In this document: positions 17,965-27,277 of the stretch, piece after piece
Position numbering within the stretch: position 1 is the stretch's first letter
Layout: each line of letters begins with the position of its first letter
Source of the DNA: Candidatus Undinarchaeota archaeon
GTDB lineage: Archaea; Undinarchaeota; Undinarchaeia; Undinarchaeales; JALTGF01
Direction of reading: 5' to 3'
Length of the DNA stretch: 64,000 nt
NCBI GenBank assembly: GCA_964574035.1
Contig: CAZNLD010000004.1
Location: 547 to 64,546 of the forward strand
The notes under the pieces: generated by a model
Databases searched by the model: none
The model's input: only the letters and a program-made list of their open reading frames with translations
What the model was told of the DNA's origin: nothing
Program-made: the position numbers and the translations under genes

Positions 17965-18192
17965 ATGATAACCGCATTTATTTTAATTACAACAAAAGCA
18001 GGAAAAGAACGAGAGGTAAAAGATACCCTTGATGAATTTTCTCAGGTAAAGGAAGTCGAGGTTGTCTACGGAGACTTCGATTTAATTGCAAAAATAGAAG
18101 CTAAAAATATGGATGAACTAAACAGCCTTATTTTCAATAAAATCAGAACAATTTCAAATATCTCTATAACTTCAACTTTAGTTTCAACTTGA
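17965..18192 (+). CDS. Stand-alone Lrp/AsnC-type ligand-binding (RAM) domain protein
   Basis: MITAFILITTKAGKEREVKDTLDEFSQVKEVEVVYGDFDLIAKIEAKNMDELNSLI…. ATG at 17965 is preceded by aggag. The track start at 17947 is a TTG. Confidence 0.6.
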   Translation: MITAFILITTKAGKEREVKDTLDEFSQVKEVEVVYGDFDLIAKIEAKNMDELNSLIFNKIRTISNISITSTLVST

Positions 18193-18196
18193 TTTT

Positions 18197-18754
18197 ATGA
18201 AGATTTCAGACAGAATACAAATGTTTGAAGGAGCCCCGCTCAGCTCAAACTGCTATCTTATTCTGGACAAACCGCTTTTTCTAGTGGATACCGGAGATGG
18301 TTCAAACAAAGAAGAACTTATTGAATTCATTAAGAGGCATATTGATGAAAAAGAGCTGAAATACATTGTAAATACTCATTCTCACTTTGACCATACCGGG
18401 GCAAATGAATACATAAAGGAAAAGACAGGAGCTGAAATTTTAAAGAGAAAAAATTTGAAAGACAAAAAGAAAGTCGGCTCATTTGAAATAGTTGAAACTC
18501 CGGGGCATTATTCAGATGCAGTCTGCCTCTATAACAAAGAAACTAAAACACTTATAAGCGGAGATACTGTTTTTTCAAACAGCTCAGTAGGAAGAACCGA
18601 CATTGGAGGAAATCTCCAAGAGCTGAAAAAATCAGTTGAAAAATTGTCTAAACTTGACGTTAAGATCATATTGCCGGGCCATGGAGACCCTACTTTAGAA
18701 AACGGAAATAAAATTATAAATAAGGCTCTTTCCCTTATTGAAAATCTTTCTTAA
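18197..18754 (+). CDS. Metallo-beta-lactamase-fold hydrolase (glyoxalase II-like)
   Basis: NTHSHFDHTGAN (HxHxDH), ETPGHYSD, SGDTVF, LPGHG. Confidence 0.8.
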   Translation: MKISDRIQMFEGAPLSSNCYLILDKPLFLVDTGDGSNKEELIEFIKRHIDEKELKYIVNTHSHFDHTGANEYIKEKTGAEILKRKNLKDKKKVGSFEIVETPGHYSDAVCLYNKETKTLISGDTVFSNSSVGRTDIGGNLQELKKSVEKLSKLDVKIILPGHGDPTLENGNKIINKALSLIENLS

Positions 18755-19158
18755 AGAACTCTTGAAACCTTTGAGTGCATCTCATTCAGAGTTCCTTTCA
18801 GATTGTGAGCCAGAAACTCAAGCTTTTTCTTTTCTGTCTGGATGTCTTTTATTCTGTGTTCACTGTTTCTGATGTCTGCTTCCAGTTTTGCCTTCTCATT
18901 TGTAAGCTCGGTTAATCTCTCTGAAAGATCCTGCTCTTCCTGAAACCTTTTCTGCATTTCTTCATCTAAAGTTTTCTTTGTGTTTTCAAGCATTGCAAGA
19001 GTTTCTTTTAGTTTTCCTTTCTTTTTATTCAGATGATGCGCCATCTCTTCAAAATTGGCTCTTGCTTTGTCTACATTAAGAGAACTGTCTATATTTTTAT
19101 GCAGATTATCAATAAGGCCTTCAAGTTCTTTAGAGTTTGAGTATAGGTTCGCTGCCAT
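18751..19158 (-). CDS. Coiled-coil protein, unknown function
   Basis: 135 aa with heptad-rich charged sequence. Convergent 4-nt overlap with the MBL gene. Confidence 0.45.
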   Translation of the reverse strand: MAANLYSNSKELEGLIDNLHKNIDSSLNVDKARANFEEMAHHLNKKKGKLKETLAMLENTKKTLDEEMQKRFQEEQDLSERLTELTNEKAKLEADIRNSEHRIKDIQTEKKKLEFLAHNLKGTLNEMHSKVSRVL

Positions 19159-19203
19159 TTAAACTACCTCCGGAAAAATAGTGTTCCTTTTAATATAAAA
19201 AGA

Positions 19204-19617
19204 TTACCAGACCAGGAAAATAGTACTATAGAGGATATGAGCTAGAATAACTATAGGAAGACCGAACTCAAGGAAAGCCAATGAAAATAAAATTCCGATA
19301 ACAAGCCCGTCTGCAGCAAACTGAGGACCGTAAACTGACGCCATGTAAATTGAATAAATTATCGTAACTGCTGCAACTGCAGGAATAAATCCCAATATCT
19401 CAATTAAAAACAGGAGAAGAATAAATCTGAATAAAACTTCTTCAGCTAAAGGCCCGAAAAGGATAGTCCAAGAAAGCTTATGCCTTACTCTGTATCCATA
19501 AACAGTCATTAAGCAATGAAGCGGAAGTGCAAGACCAAGACTAATTAAAGCCAATACTATTGGTATGTACCACCAGGGCTGAAGAGTTGTCAAAAATTCA
19601 ACTGGATTAAGAATCAT
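19204..19617 (-). CDS. CPBP-family (CAAX-protease-like) intramembrane protein, short form
   Basis: FGPLAEEVLFRFILL (EExxxR motif) within a 4-TM protein. Confidence 0.55.
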   Translation of the reverse strand: MILNPVEFLTTLQPWWYIPIVLALISLGLALPLHCLMTVYGYRVRHKLSWTILFGPLAEEVLFRFILLLFLIEILGFIPAVAAVTIIYSIYMASVYGPQFAADGLVIGILFSLAFLEFGLPIVILAHILYSTIFLVW

Positions 19618-20075
19618 CCGGACACCTCCGATAAGAAGTTGTGAGTCATATGTCCGATTATTGGAGAAACTATTCCGAATTTAACGAAAATAAATCCATA
19701 CAACAAACTCATTAGAAAAGTTCCTATAAATTTAAACCCGCCCCCTGTAGGAATATGAGCAGCTGCAAAAAGGAATGCAGAAATTAAAATGGCTATCCAG
19801 GGGTTTCCAAATGCATATATTAAAAGAGTAATTAGAACCAGCCTGAATATAATTTCTTCAAGAGCAGGGATAAAAAATACAGTTCCAAAAAAGCCTTTGA
19901 ATCTTCCTGAAGCAAATTGATATGGTGACCTTGAAAACAAAAAAATCATCAGTATAAAGCTTGCAAAGCCAAGAATAATTCCGAGCTGAAAAGGCCAGAT
20001 ATCAACTGTATAACCCATTAATTCAATCGGATTTTCTCTGCTCATAAATTCTACTAGTAAGGTTAATAACTCCAT
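19614..20075 (-). CDS. CPBP-family intramembrane glutamic endopeptidase-like protein
   Basis: IPALEEIIFRLVL (EExxxR), FAAAHIP, GHMTHNF (HxxxN). 4-nt overlap with the downstream paralogue. Confidence 0.7.
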   Translation of the reverse strand: MELLTLLVEFMSRENPIELMGYTVDIWPFQLGIILGFASFILMIFLFSRSPYQFASGRFKGFFGTVFFIPALEEIIFRLVLITLLIYAFGNPWIAILISAFLFAAAHIPTGGGFKFIGTFLMSLLYGFIFVKFGIVSPIIGHMTHNFLSEVSG

Positions 20076-20181
20076 TTTGGCCGCTCCTTAGTTTGTCACT
20101 ACTATTTAGTGATAAATGTAGTATTTAAATTTATTGTAAGGCGTAAATAGTTTATATTAGGAGTTCTTATCAAGTATTGAG

Positions 20182-20745
20182 ATGGAGAGAATAAATAAAA
20201 TAATACTGTCAGGTATGCTGATGATTTTGATTTCAGCTTCAGGAGTTTACGCAACTGCAACAGTCGACTCTATTTATCCCACAAGATCTGTCTCAGGATG
20301 CACCCCCTCATTTAAAATAAACACGACCGGGACCGAAGTCCATCCAAACTCAACTGCTGAAATAAATATAACTATTTGGGATATAAAATGCGGGCTTTCT
20401 CATGTAAGAATGCAGACCAGTGGGATAAGTTTTAAAAGAAATCATTCTCCCGGATATTTTGCAACCGCCCCTCCTCTTGAAACAAAAACATTTAAGTTAA
20501 ACATTACAATTCCGGAGACAGCCGACACCGGAGAGTATCCTGTAGATTTAAAATTTACTTCAAACGAACACCAGTTTGAAAAGAGTATCTCAGTTAAAGT
20601 CGTTGAAAGACCTGAAAATGAAGAACCGGAAATGGAAGAAAATGAAACGCAAGATATTGAGAACCAGACAGAAGAAAAGGAAAAATTTAAATCCTCATTC
20701 TTTTCAAAAATAAAAAAATTCTTTAGAAACATCTTTTCTTTCTAG
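20182..20745 (+). CDS. Secreted protein with one CARDB/COG1361-like beta-sandwich module and an acidic tail
   Basis: Signal peptide MLMILISASGVYA. TGEYPVDLKFTS resembles DGTYPMTLKIRYS in 2467..3615. Confidence 0.5.
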   Translation: MERINKIILSGMLMILISASGVYATATVDSIYPTRSVSGCTPSFKINTTGTEVHPNSTAEINITIWDIKCGLSHVRMQTSGISFKRNHSPGYFATAPPLETKTFKLNITIPETADTGEYPVDLKFTSNEHQFEKSISVKVVERPENEEPEMEENETQDIENQTEEKEKFKSSFFSKIKKFFRNIFSF

Positions 20746-20777
20746 GAAAAACATATTAAAATTGGACATTATATTCT

Positions 20778-23213
20778 ATGGCTATGAAACTACCAAAAAG
20801 ATACGACTCTGATAAAGCAGAAGAGAAGTGGCAGAAATACTGGGAAAAAGAAGAAATCTATAAGTTTGACCCGAAAAGTAAAAAACCAGTTTATTCTATA
20901 GACACCCCTCCACCGACTGTATCCGGAAAAATGCATATAGGTCATGCATATTCGTATTCTCAGATGGACATAATTGCCAGATACAGGAGGATGGCTGGAT
21001 ACAATGTTTTCTATCCGTTTGGAACTGACGACAACGGGCTACCTACTGAGAGACTTATTGAAAAGAGAAAAGGAATCAGGCATCAGGATATGGACAGGGA
21101 CGAATTCACTAAGTTCTGTCTGAAAGTTTTGAAAGAAGAACTCAGACCTGAATACATACAAGAATGGAAAAATATTGGAATTTCAGCTGATTACGATTTA
21201 TTTTATACTACAATAAACGAACACTGCAGAAGAATTTCTCAAAAATCATTTGTTGAACTTTATGACAAAGATAGAATCTACAGGAAAGAAGACCCTACAA
21301 TATGGTGTCCTAAATGTCATATGGCTCTGGCACAGGTTGAGCTTGAAGACAAAGAGCTGGAATCTGAATTCGTTGATTTAGTTTTCAAGCTTGAAGACGG
21401 CTCAAATTTAATTATAGCAACAACAAGACCTGAGCTTTTATCCAGCTGTGTAGCAATTTTTGTTCATCCAGAAGATGAAGAAAACAAAAAACTGGTTGGA
21501 AAAAAAGCAGTCGTTCCGTTGTTTAATCAAGAAGTTCCAATTCTTGAAGATGAAAGAGTAGACAAAGAAAAAGGAACCGGAGTAGTTATGTGCTGTACTT
21601 TCGGGGACCAGACAGATATTGAATGGTACAGAGCTCACGACCTGCCTCTGAAAATGTCAATTACAGAAGACGGAAAAATGTCCGAACTTGCAGGAAAATA
21701 TGAAGGTCTTAAAATAAAGGAAGCCAGGAAGAAGATTGTTAAAAACCTTGAAGAAAAAGGACTAATCAAAAACAAAAAGAAAATTACCCATACCGTAAAT
21801 GTTCACGAAAGGTGCGGAACGGAAATTGAAATTCTGCATACTACTCAGTGGTTCATCAAGTATTTAGATTTAAAAAACAAGCTTTTGAAAGCAGGCAGGG
21901 AAATGAACTGGTATCCTGAACATATGATTAACAGATACACTAATTGGATTGAAGGCCTCCAATGGGACTGGTGCATTTCAAGGCAAAGGTTTTTCGGAGT
22001 TCCTATACCCGTATGGTACTGTAAAAAATGCGAAGAACCTGTTTTTCCAGACAAAGAAAAACTGCCGGTAGACCCCTTAAAAGACGAGCCGGATAAAAAA
22101 TGCAAGTGCGGTTCATCCGACTTTGAACCGGAGGAAGATGTCCTGGATACATGGGCTACAAGCTCTATGACTCCGCAAATTGCAGCAGAACTAATTCCGG
22201 ACAGGTATGATGATATTTATCCAATGTCTCTGAGACCGCAGGCCCATGACATAATTACTTTTTGGCTCTTCAATACAGTTGTAAAAAGCCACCTTCATAA
22301 TGAAAAAAATCCATTTGAAGACATAATGATTTCAGGATGGGCTTTAGATCCAAACGGCAGGAAGATGTCAAAATCAAAAGGAAATGTAGTTGACCCGAAA
22401 AAGATGATTGAAAAATATTCAGTTGACGCTCTCAGATTCTGGGCCGCTAGTTCAAGTTTAGGAGAGGACCTTCCTTTCAAGGAAAAAGACTTGGCAACTG
22501 CTGAAAAATTCTCAAACAAGATGTGGAATGCTTCAAAGTTTGCATTAATGCACTTAGAAAATTACGAGGAAAACGAGCCTGATGAATTAAGAACAGTGGA
22601 CAAATGGATGCTTTCCAAATTGAACAATTTAATTAGATCAGTAACTGACTCGCTTGAAAAATATGAATATGTACAGTTAAAGAGGCAAACAGAAGATTTC
22701 TTCTGGCACGACTTCTGCGACAACTATCTTGAAATTGTTAAAGACAGACTTTATAATCCAAGCAAATACGAACTGGGAAAAGAGCCGGCTCAATATGTTC
22801 TTTATCAGATTGTTTTAAACTCCCTGAAATTGATGGCGCCTGTAATGCCTTATCTTACAGAAGAAATTTATCATCTTTATTTCAATGAACTTGAAGGAAA
22901 GAAAAGTATACACATTTCAGACTGGCCTGAAGGAAGAAAGAACTGGATTGATAATGAATCAGAAAAGGCAGGAGATTTGCTTATTCAGGTGCTTGCTTCA
23001 ATAAGACAGTATAAACAGGAAAAAGGAATGTCTCTTGGTGCTGAATTAAAAGCAATATACATCGAACCGGAAGAAAAGGGAAATAAGGAACTTATTGAAA
23101 AAATTAAACTTGACTTGAAAGGAGCAAGCAGAGCAGACAAAGTTAAGATTGGGAAAGGAAAAGGAGAAAAAGTTGAAACTGAAGCTGAAGTAAAATTAAA
23201 AATCCAGGAATAA
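20778..23213 (+). CDS. valS: Valyl-tRNA synthetase
   Basis: IDTPPPTVSGKMHIGHAYSYSQMDIIARYRRMAGYNVFYPFGTDDNGLPTE, KMSKSKGN, and a CP1 editing-domain-sized insertion. The pattern fits archaeal ValRS better than LeuRS or IleRS. Confidence 0.85.
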   Translation: MAMKLPKRYDSDKAEEKWQKYWEKEEIYKFDPKSKKPVYSIDTPPPTVSGKMHIGHAYSYSQMDIIARYRRMAGYNVFYPFGTDDNGLPTERLIEKRKGIRHQDMDRDEFTKFCLKVLKEELRPEYIQEWKNIGISADYDLFYTTINEHCRRISQKSFVELYDKDRIYRKEDPTIWCPKCHMALAQVELEDKELESEFVDLVFKLEDGSNLIIATTRPELLSSCVAIFVHPEDEENKKLVGKKAVVPLFNQEVPILEDERVDKEKGTGVVMCCTFGDQTDIEWYRAHDLPLKMSITEDGKMSELAGKYEGLKIKEARKKIVKNLEEKGLIKNKKKITHTVNVHERCGTEIEILHTTQWFIKYLDLKNKLLKAGREMNWYPEHMINRYTNWIEGLQWDWCISRQRFFGVPIPVWYCKKCEEPVFPDKEKLPVDPLKDEPDKKCKCGSSDFEPEEDVLDTWATSSMTPQIAAELIPDRYDDIYPMSLRPQAHDIITFWLFNTVVKSHLHNEKNPFEDIMISGWALDPNGRKMSKSKGNVVDPKKMIEKYSVDALRFWAASSSLGEDLPFKEKDLATAEKFSNKMWNASKFALMHLENYEENEPDELRTVDKWMLSKLNNLIRSVTDSLEKYEYVQLKRQTEDFFWHDFCDNYLEIVKDRLYNPSKYELGKEPAQYVLYQIVLNSLKLMAPVMPYLTEEIYHLYFNELEGKKSIHISDWPEGRKNWIDNESEKAGDLLIQVLASIRQYKQEKGMSLGAELKAIYIEPEEKGNKELIEKIKLDLKGASRADKVKIGKGKGEKVETEAEVKLKIQE

Positions 23214-23250
23214 CCAATCATTTATAGCATTGTTTTTACTAAGTTATAAT

Positions 23251-24471
23251 ATGAAATCTAACAAGGAACAAGAGAGATACAAATTAAAGAAGAAGATTAA
23301 GAGTCTGGAGAATATGAGGGGCAGGCACACAGAACTAATTACATTATATGTCCCAGGTGGATATGATATAAATAAAACAATTTCTAAACTCTCTGAAGAG
23401 CAGGGAACTGCTCAAAACATTAAATCAAAAAGCACAAGAAAGAATGTCATTACAGCTCTTGAAAAAATTATAAGAGAACTGAAACTTTTTAAGAAAACTC
23501 CTAAAAACGGACTGGCAATTTTCTGCGGAAATGTAGCGGACCAGGAAGGGGAAACAGATTTTATTCTCGAAACAATAGTTCCTCCGAATCCGTTAAATAT
23601 TTCACTCTACAGATGCTCTCAGGAGTTCATTTTAGACCCATTAAAAGAAATGATGGACCGGAGAGAAACTTATGGCTTAATAGTTATTGACAGGAGAAAT
23701 GCAGATATAGCTCTTTTAAAAGGAAAATCAATTCAGACGTTGGCAAGCCTTGACTCAATGGTACCGGGAAAGTTCAGAGCAGGAGGACAGTCCGCCCAGA
23801 GATTTGAAAGAGTTATTGAAGGAATGGCAAAAGACTTCTATAAAAAAGCAGGAGAAGTTGCAAACAGAGAATTCAAAAAAATCAAAGAGCTTAAAGGAAT
23901 TTTAGTAGGCGGGCCGGGCCCTACAAAAGACGAATTCTTAGCTGAAGAATATCTGCATACGAACCTTCAGAATAAAATAATTGGCACTCTTGATATTGGA
24001 TATACCGGAGAAACCGGTCTTGAAGAACTTGTAAATAAATCAAAAGACATCCTTTCAGAAGCTGAAGTAACTAAAGAAAAACAGCTTGTTAAAAAATTCA
24101 TGAGGCAGCTTTCAAAGGATACCGGCCTTGGAGGATACGGAGAGGAAGAAATAAGAGATGCAATAAGAAAAGGCGCCGTTGAACTGCTTCTGCTTTCAGA
24201 AAAGTTGGACAAAAAAAGAATTGTTTTGAAATGCACTAACTGCGATCATATTGAGGAAAGGACTGCAAAAGAAGTTCCTGAACTTACCTGCGATCAATGC
24301 GGTTCAGCCATGGAGCTAGAATCTGAAAAAGATTTAATTGAAGATCTTGCAGAGAAAGCTGAAGGAATAGGAGCCCAGGTTGAACTGATATCAGATGAAA
24401 CAAAAGAAGGCAAACAACTTTGGGGAATGGGAGGAATTGCAGCTGTATTAAGATTTAAGGTACATAGTTAA
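23251..24471 (+). CDS. prf1: Peptide chain release factor aRF1
   Basis: TAQNIKSKSTR (NIKS), GGQSAQRF (GGQ), C-terminal Zn-ribbon insertion CTNC…CDQC. ATG at 23251 is preferred over the TTG at 23230. Confidence 0.9.
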   Translation: MKSNKEQERYKLKKKIKSLENMRGRHTELITLYVPGGYDINKTISKLSEEQGTAQNIKSKSTRKNVITALEKIIRELKLFKKTPKNGLAIFCGNVADQEGETDFILETIVPPNPLNISLYRCSQEFILDPLKEMMDRRETYGLIVIDRRNADIALLKGKSIQTLASLDSMVPGKFRAGGQSAQRFERVIEGMAKDFYKKAGEVANREFKKIKELKGILVGGPGPTKDEFLAEEYLHTNLQNKIIGTLDIGYTGETGLEELVNKSKDILSEAEVTKEKQLVKKFMRQLSKDTGLGGYGEEEIRDAIRKGAVELLLLSEKLDKKRIVLKCTNCDHIEERTAKEVPELTCDQCGSAMELESEKDLIEDLAEKAEGIGAQVELISDETKEGKQLWGMGGIAAVLRFKVHS

Positions 24472-24546
24472 TGGTAGATGATTAATGGTTATTCGTTCAT
24501 AGTCATAAAATACCAATTACAATTTACGATTTATTGTTAATCAAAA
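24470..24546. repeat. Heptanucleotide-phased array, second locus
   Basis: aatggta gatgatt aatggtt attcgtt catagtc ataaaat accaatt acaattt acgattt attgtta atcaaaa. Starts inside the aRF1 stop codon. Shares aatggtagatg and ttaatggtt with the other loci. Confidence 0.65.
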
Positions 24547-24575
24547 ACCTTTTTAAATCAAATCTCCTTTAATAG

Positions 24576-25658
24576 ATGAGAATGGCAAAGAAAAAAAATA
24601 AGAATAAACATAGAAGCTGGAAGTTTTTAGGCCTTGGAATATTAATAATAATATCACTGATAGCCCTCTATCTTACCTACATGTTTTTAGATATACTTGT
24701 AATAAGTTTGGCAGTATCTTACATGATATATCCTTTGGCTAAGAAACTGAATAAAAGCCGTGCTATGAAATCAGAACACCATATGTTCTCATCAATGCTT
24801 GCAGTTCTATTAGTTGCAATACCGGTAATTTTCATACTATTTTTCGGCGTTAACATGGTGCTTAGATGGTTTATAGAAAACCTCCCAGCAATAACTGCAG
24901 GAAGATTTCAAACAGATTTTACACTTGCACTAGAAAAAGCAGGCCTAGGAATTGTAAGTACAAGAATAGCAGCAGAAGCTGGAAAACTTGTGGCCGGATT
25001 TGCAGACTCAATTGGTGCACTAGTCTTAAGACCGACATGGCTGCTTGAAATATTTATGAAGGTCGCAATATTTTTTATTTCAACATTTTATTTTGTATAC
25101 GAAGGGCCTAAAATAAAAGGATTGATTAAAGAACACATACCTGTTAGAGAGAAATTCATAAATGAACTTATATCTTCAATTAACAATATATTTTACGGGT
25201 TATTTATTGGGCATTTCTTAACTTCCATAATAATTGCAATATTTGCTGGAATTGGTTTTTGGATTTTCCTCAGACCAAATATATTCATGCTTGGATTCCT
25301 AACTGTTTTATTGTTTATAATATCGTTTTTGCCTGTTATAGGGCCTTGGTTGATGTATGTTCCATTAGGAATATGGCAGGCAGTATTCAGAGGAGATGTA
25401 TTCGGTGGAATTGGGCTCATTATCTACAGTGCAATCACTATAAATGTATTATGTGATTTCTATATAAGACCAAAATTAGTAAGAAGAGGAACAGAAATTC
25501 ATCCGCTCTTATTTATTTTAGGATTTTTCGGCGGAGTGTTAGTAATGGGACCGGTTGGTATTATTATAGGACCGGTCATTATGGGACTTGCTCAGGCAAT
25601 ATTTACAATATACATTAAAAAGAGACACATGTTAAAAGACTTGATAAAACACTTCTAA
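24576..25658 (+). CDS. AI-2E family transporter (PerM/UPF0118)
   Basis: 360 aa, about 8 TM helices. Overall PerM-like layout with …FLPVIGPWLMYVPLGIW…. Confidence 0.75.
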   Translation: MRMAKKKNKNKHRSWKFLGLGILIIISLIALYLTYMFLDILVISLAVSYMIYPLAKKLNKSRAMKSEHHMFSSMLAVLLVAIPVIFILFFGVNMVLRWFIENLPAITAGRFQTDFTLALEKAGLGIVSTRIAAEAGKLVAGFADSIGALVLRPTWLLEIFMKVAIFFISTFYFVYEGPKIKGLIKEHIPVREKFINELISSINNIFYGLFIGHFLTSIIIAIFAGIGFWIFLRPNIFMLGFLTVLLFIISFLPVIGPWLMYVPLGIWQAVFRGDVFGGIGLIIYSAITINVLCDFYIRPKLVRRGTEIHPLLFILGFFGGVLVMGPVGIIIGPVIMGLAQAIFTIYIKKRHMLKDLIKHF

Positions 25659-26111
25659 ATGATAAATGCCTATACTCTAACGGCAGTATTTATTCTAGCA
25701 GGAATTCCTGTAAGTCTATTTGCAAGATTTGCCGGACTAAAAGGTCTCCAGATATGGCTTCCTTTGAGTATAATTACGGCAGTCGGCTTCCACCCACTTG
25801 CGGGTCTTTTTGTGGCATCCATAATTATGCTGGTGTCTTTTGCATTCAAACCTTATCCTCCGGTTACTTTAATAATAATGATCGGAATCCTTTCGGGCAT
25901 ACTTTATTCAACAGCAATTTTCAGTTTTAATCCCGCTAATTTTTTAACAATAGCTATGATTTTAACTACAATATACGTAGTAACAGCAGATATAATTTTA
26001 GCATTTATTACCCCGGACCTGAAATCAACAGTTATGTTCGTACTTTTTACAATACCAATAAGCTGGCTGATATATAATCAAATTGGATGGACATTAGTGA
26101 GTTTATTTTAA
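25659..26111 (+). CDS. Small 4-5 TM membrane protein, paralogue of 62065..62529
   Basis: GFHPLAGLFVASIIMLVSFAFKPY / LIYNQIGWTLV aligns with AYGPLGGFFVGASIMLITWALFPY / LIFNYIGWDLI in the other copy. Confidence 0.5.
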   Translation: MINAYTLTAVFILAGIPVSLFARFAGLKGLQIWLPLSIITAVGFHPLAGLFVASIIMLVSFAFKPYPPVTLIIMIGILSGILYSTAIFSFNPANFLTIAMILTTIYVVTADIILAFITPDLKSTVMFVLFTIPISWLIYNQIGWTLVSLF

Positions 26112-26117
26112 TCGTAT

Positions 26118-26585
26118 TTACTTTTTCTTTTTAACTTTCCTTTTAAGTTTAGTCCCGCAGATTTCGCAGGTTCCCGGCCCCTCATATTCAATATAACAGG
26201 CAGGACAATAATAAGTCCAATGGAAAACTTCTTTAATTCCTTCTTCACCGACAGACTCAAAGTCAATATTCAGAAGTTTTGCAATATTCTGAATTCCATA
26301 GTCGTCAGTTGCAATAGAAGCTTTATACTGCATGGCAATTGCCAGTATGTCCTTATCTGTTTTAGAAAGAACATCACCGGTTTTTTCTACCTGCTTTTCA
26401 ACTTCAACAAGATAATGTTTTTCAGGATTTCTTTCTTCAACCTTATCCAAATTCAAACGATGAGGTTCGTCACCCAGCTCCTCAATTACAGAAGAAGGAA
26501 CAATCAATCTACAGTTAATAAGATTACCGGAAATTCCGTTGATTATGGCACTTGTATCCAAAATTAATGGTTCTTTTTCAGTCAT
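26118..26585 (-). CDS. nob1: Nob1-like endonuclease (PIN domain plus Zn ribbon)
   Basis: LILDTSAIING…, IATDDYGIQNIA, C-terminal YYCPACYIEY…CEICGTKL. Confidence 0.75.
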   Translation of the reverse strand: MTEKEPLILDTSAIINGISGNLINCRLIVPSSVIEELGDEPHRLNLDKVEERNPEKHYLVEVEKQVEKTGDVLSKTDKDILAIAMQYKASIATDDYGIQNIAKLLNIDFESVGEEGIKEVFHWTYYCPACYIEYEGPGTCEICGTKLKRKVKKKK

Positions 26586-26638
26586 TTTTCAATAAAGTTT
26601 TTAAAGCCTTCTCTCTTTATATGTTTAAGGTAATAATT

Positions 26639-27085
26639 ATGGCAAAAAATTCAGTACCAGCAACGAGATTGAAAAAAGGAGACCTGATCCTTTTAGAAGG
26701 AAAAGGGGATGAAATACTCAAGGTAAAAAATATTTCTACTTCATCTCCAGGAAAGCACGGACATGCAAAGGTAAGAATATCATATGAGAACATTTTAACC
26801 GGAAGCGGAGGAGAAGTCACTTATTCAGGACACAAAGGAATTGACAAACCCGTAATTGAGAAAGAAAGAGCACAGGTTACTTCAATAACTGAGGGAAAGG
26901 AATTCAAAGATCCAAACAAACCAAATGTTCCTGCAAAGGTTCAGCTGATGGACCTGGAGAGCTACGAAACTTACGAACTTGACGTTCCTGAAGAAATTCC
27001 TGAAGACAAACTCGAAGCAGGGGTAGAGCTGGAAATAAGATCTTATAAAAGTAAAAAGTGGATTGAAAGAATAGTTCCCGCTTAA
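26639..27085 (+). CDS. eif5a: Translation initiation factor 5A (aIF5A)
   Basis: STSSPGKHGHAKVRI (hypusine-site motif GKHGHAK) plus a C-terminal OB domain. ATG at 26639; the track ORF adds a 29-aa spurious N-terminus. Confidence 0.9.
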   Translation: MAKNSVPATRLKKGDLILLEGKGDEILKVKNISTSSPGKHGHAKVRISYENILTGSGGEVTYSGHKGIDKPVIEKERAQVTSITEGKEFKDPNKPNVPAKVQLMDLESYETYELDVPEEIPEDKLEAGVELEIRSYKSKKWIERIVPA

Positions 27086-27129
27086 TTGGCTTCCGCAAAC
27101 TTTATTAAAACTCTCTCCTACTTTGAAGT

Positions 27130-27276
27130 ATGGCCTGGGATATCCTCATATTCATAGCAATACTAGTTCCAACCTCTTTGATAGTATACAAGCTTCTAAA
27201 AACCCTAACAAAAGTTCTCTACTGGGGCGTCGCAATCTTTATAGCATATATAATTCTAAAACTGCTGGTGCTTTAA
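27130..27276 (+). CDS. Possible 48-aa two-TM micro-protein
   Basis: ATG 27130 to TAA 27274-27276: MAWDILIFIAILVPTSLIVYKLLKTLTKVLYWGVAIFIAYIILKLLVL. Ends 1 nt before the next gene. Below the track's size cut-off. Confidence 0.3.
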   Translation: MAWDILIFIAILVPTSLIVYKLLKTLTKVLYWGVAIFIAYIILKLLVL

Positions 27277-27277
27277 A

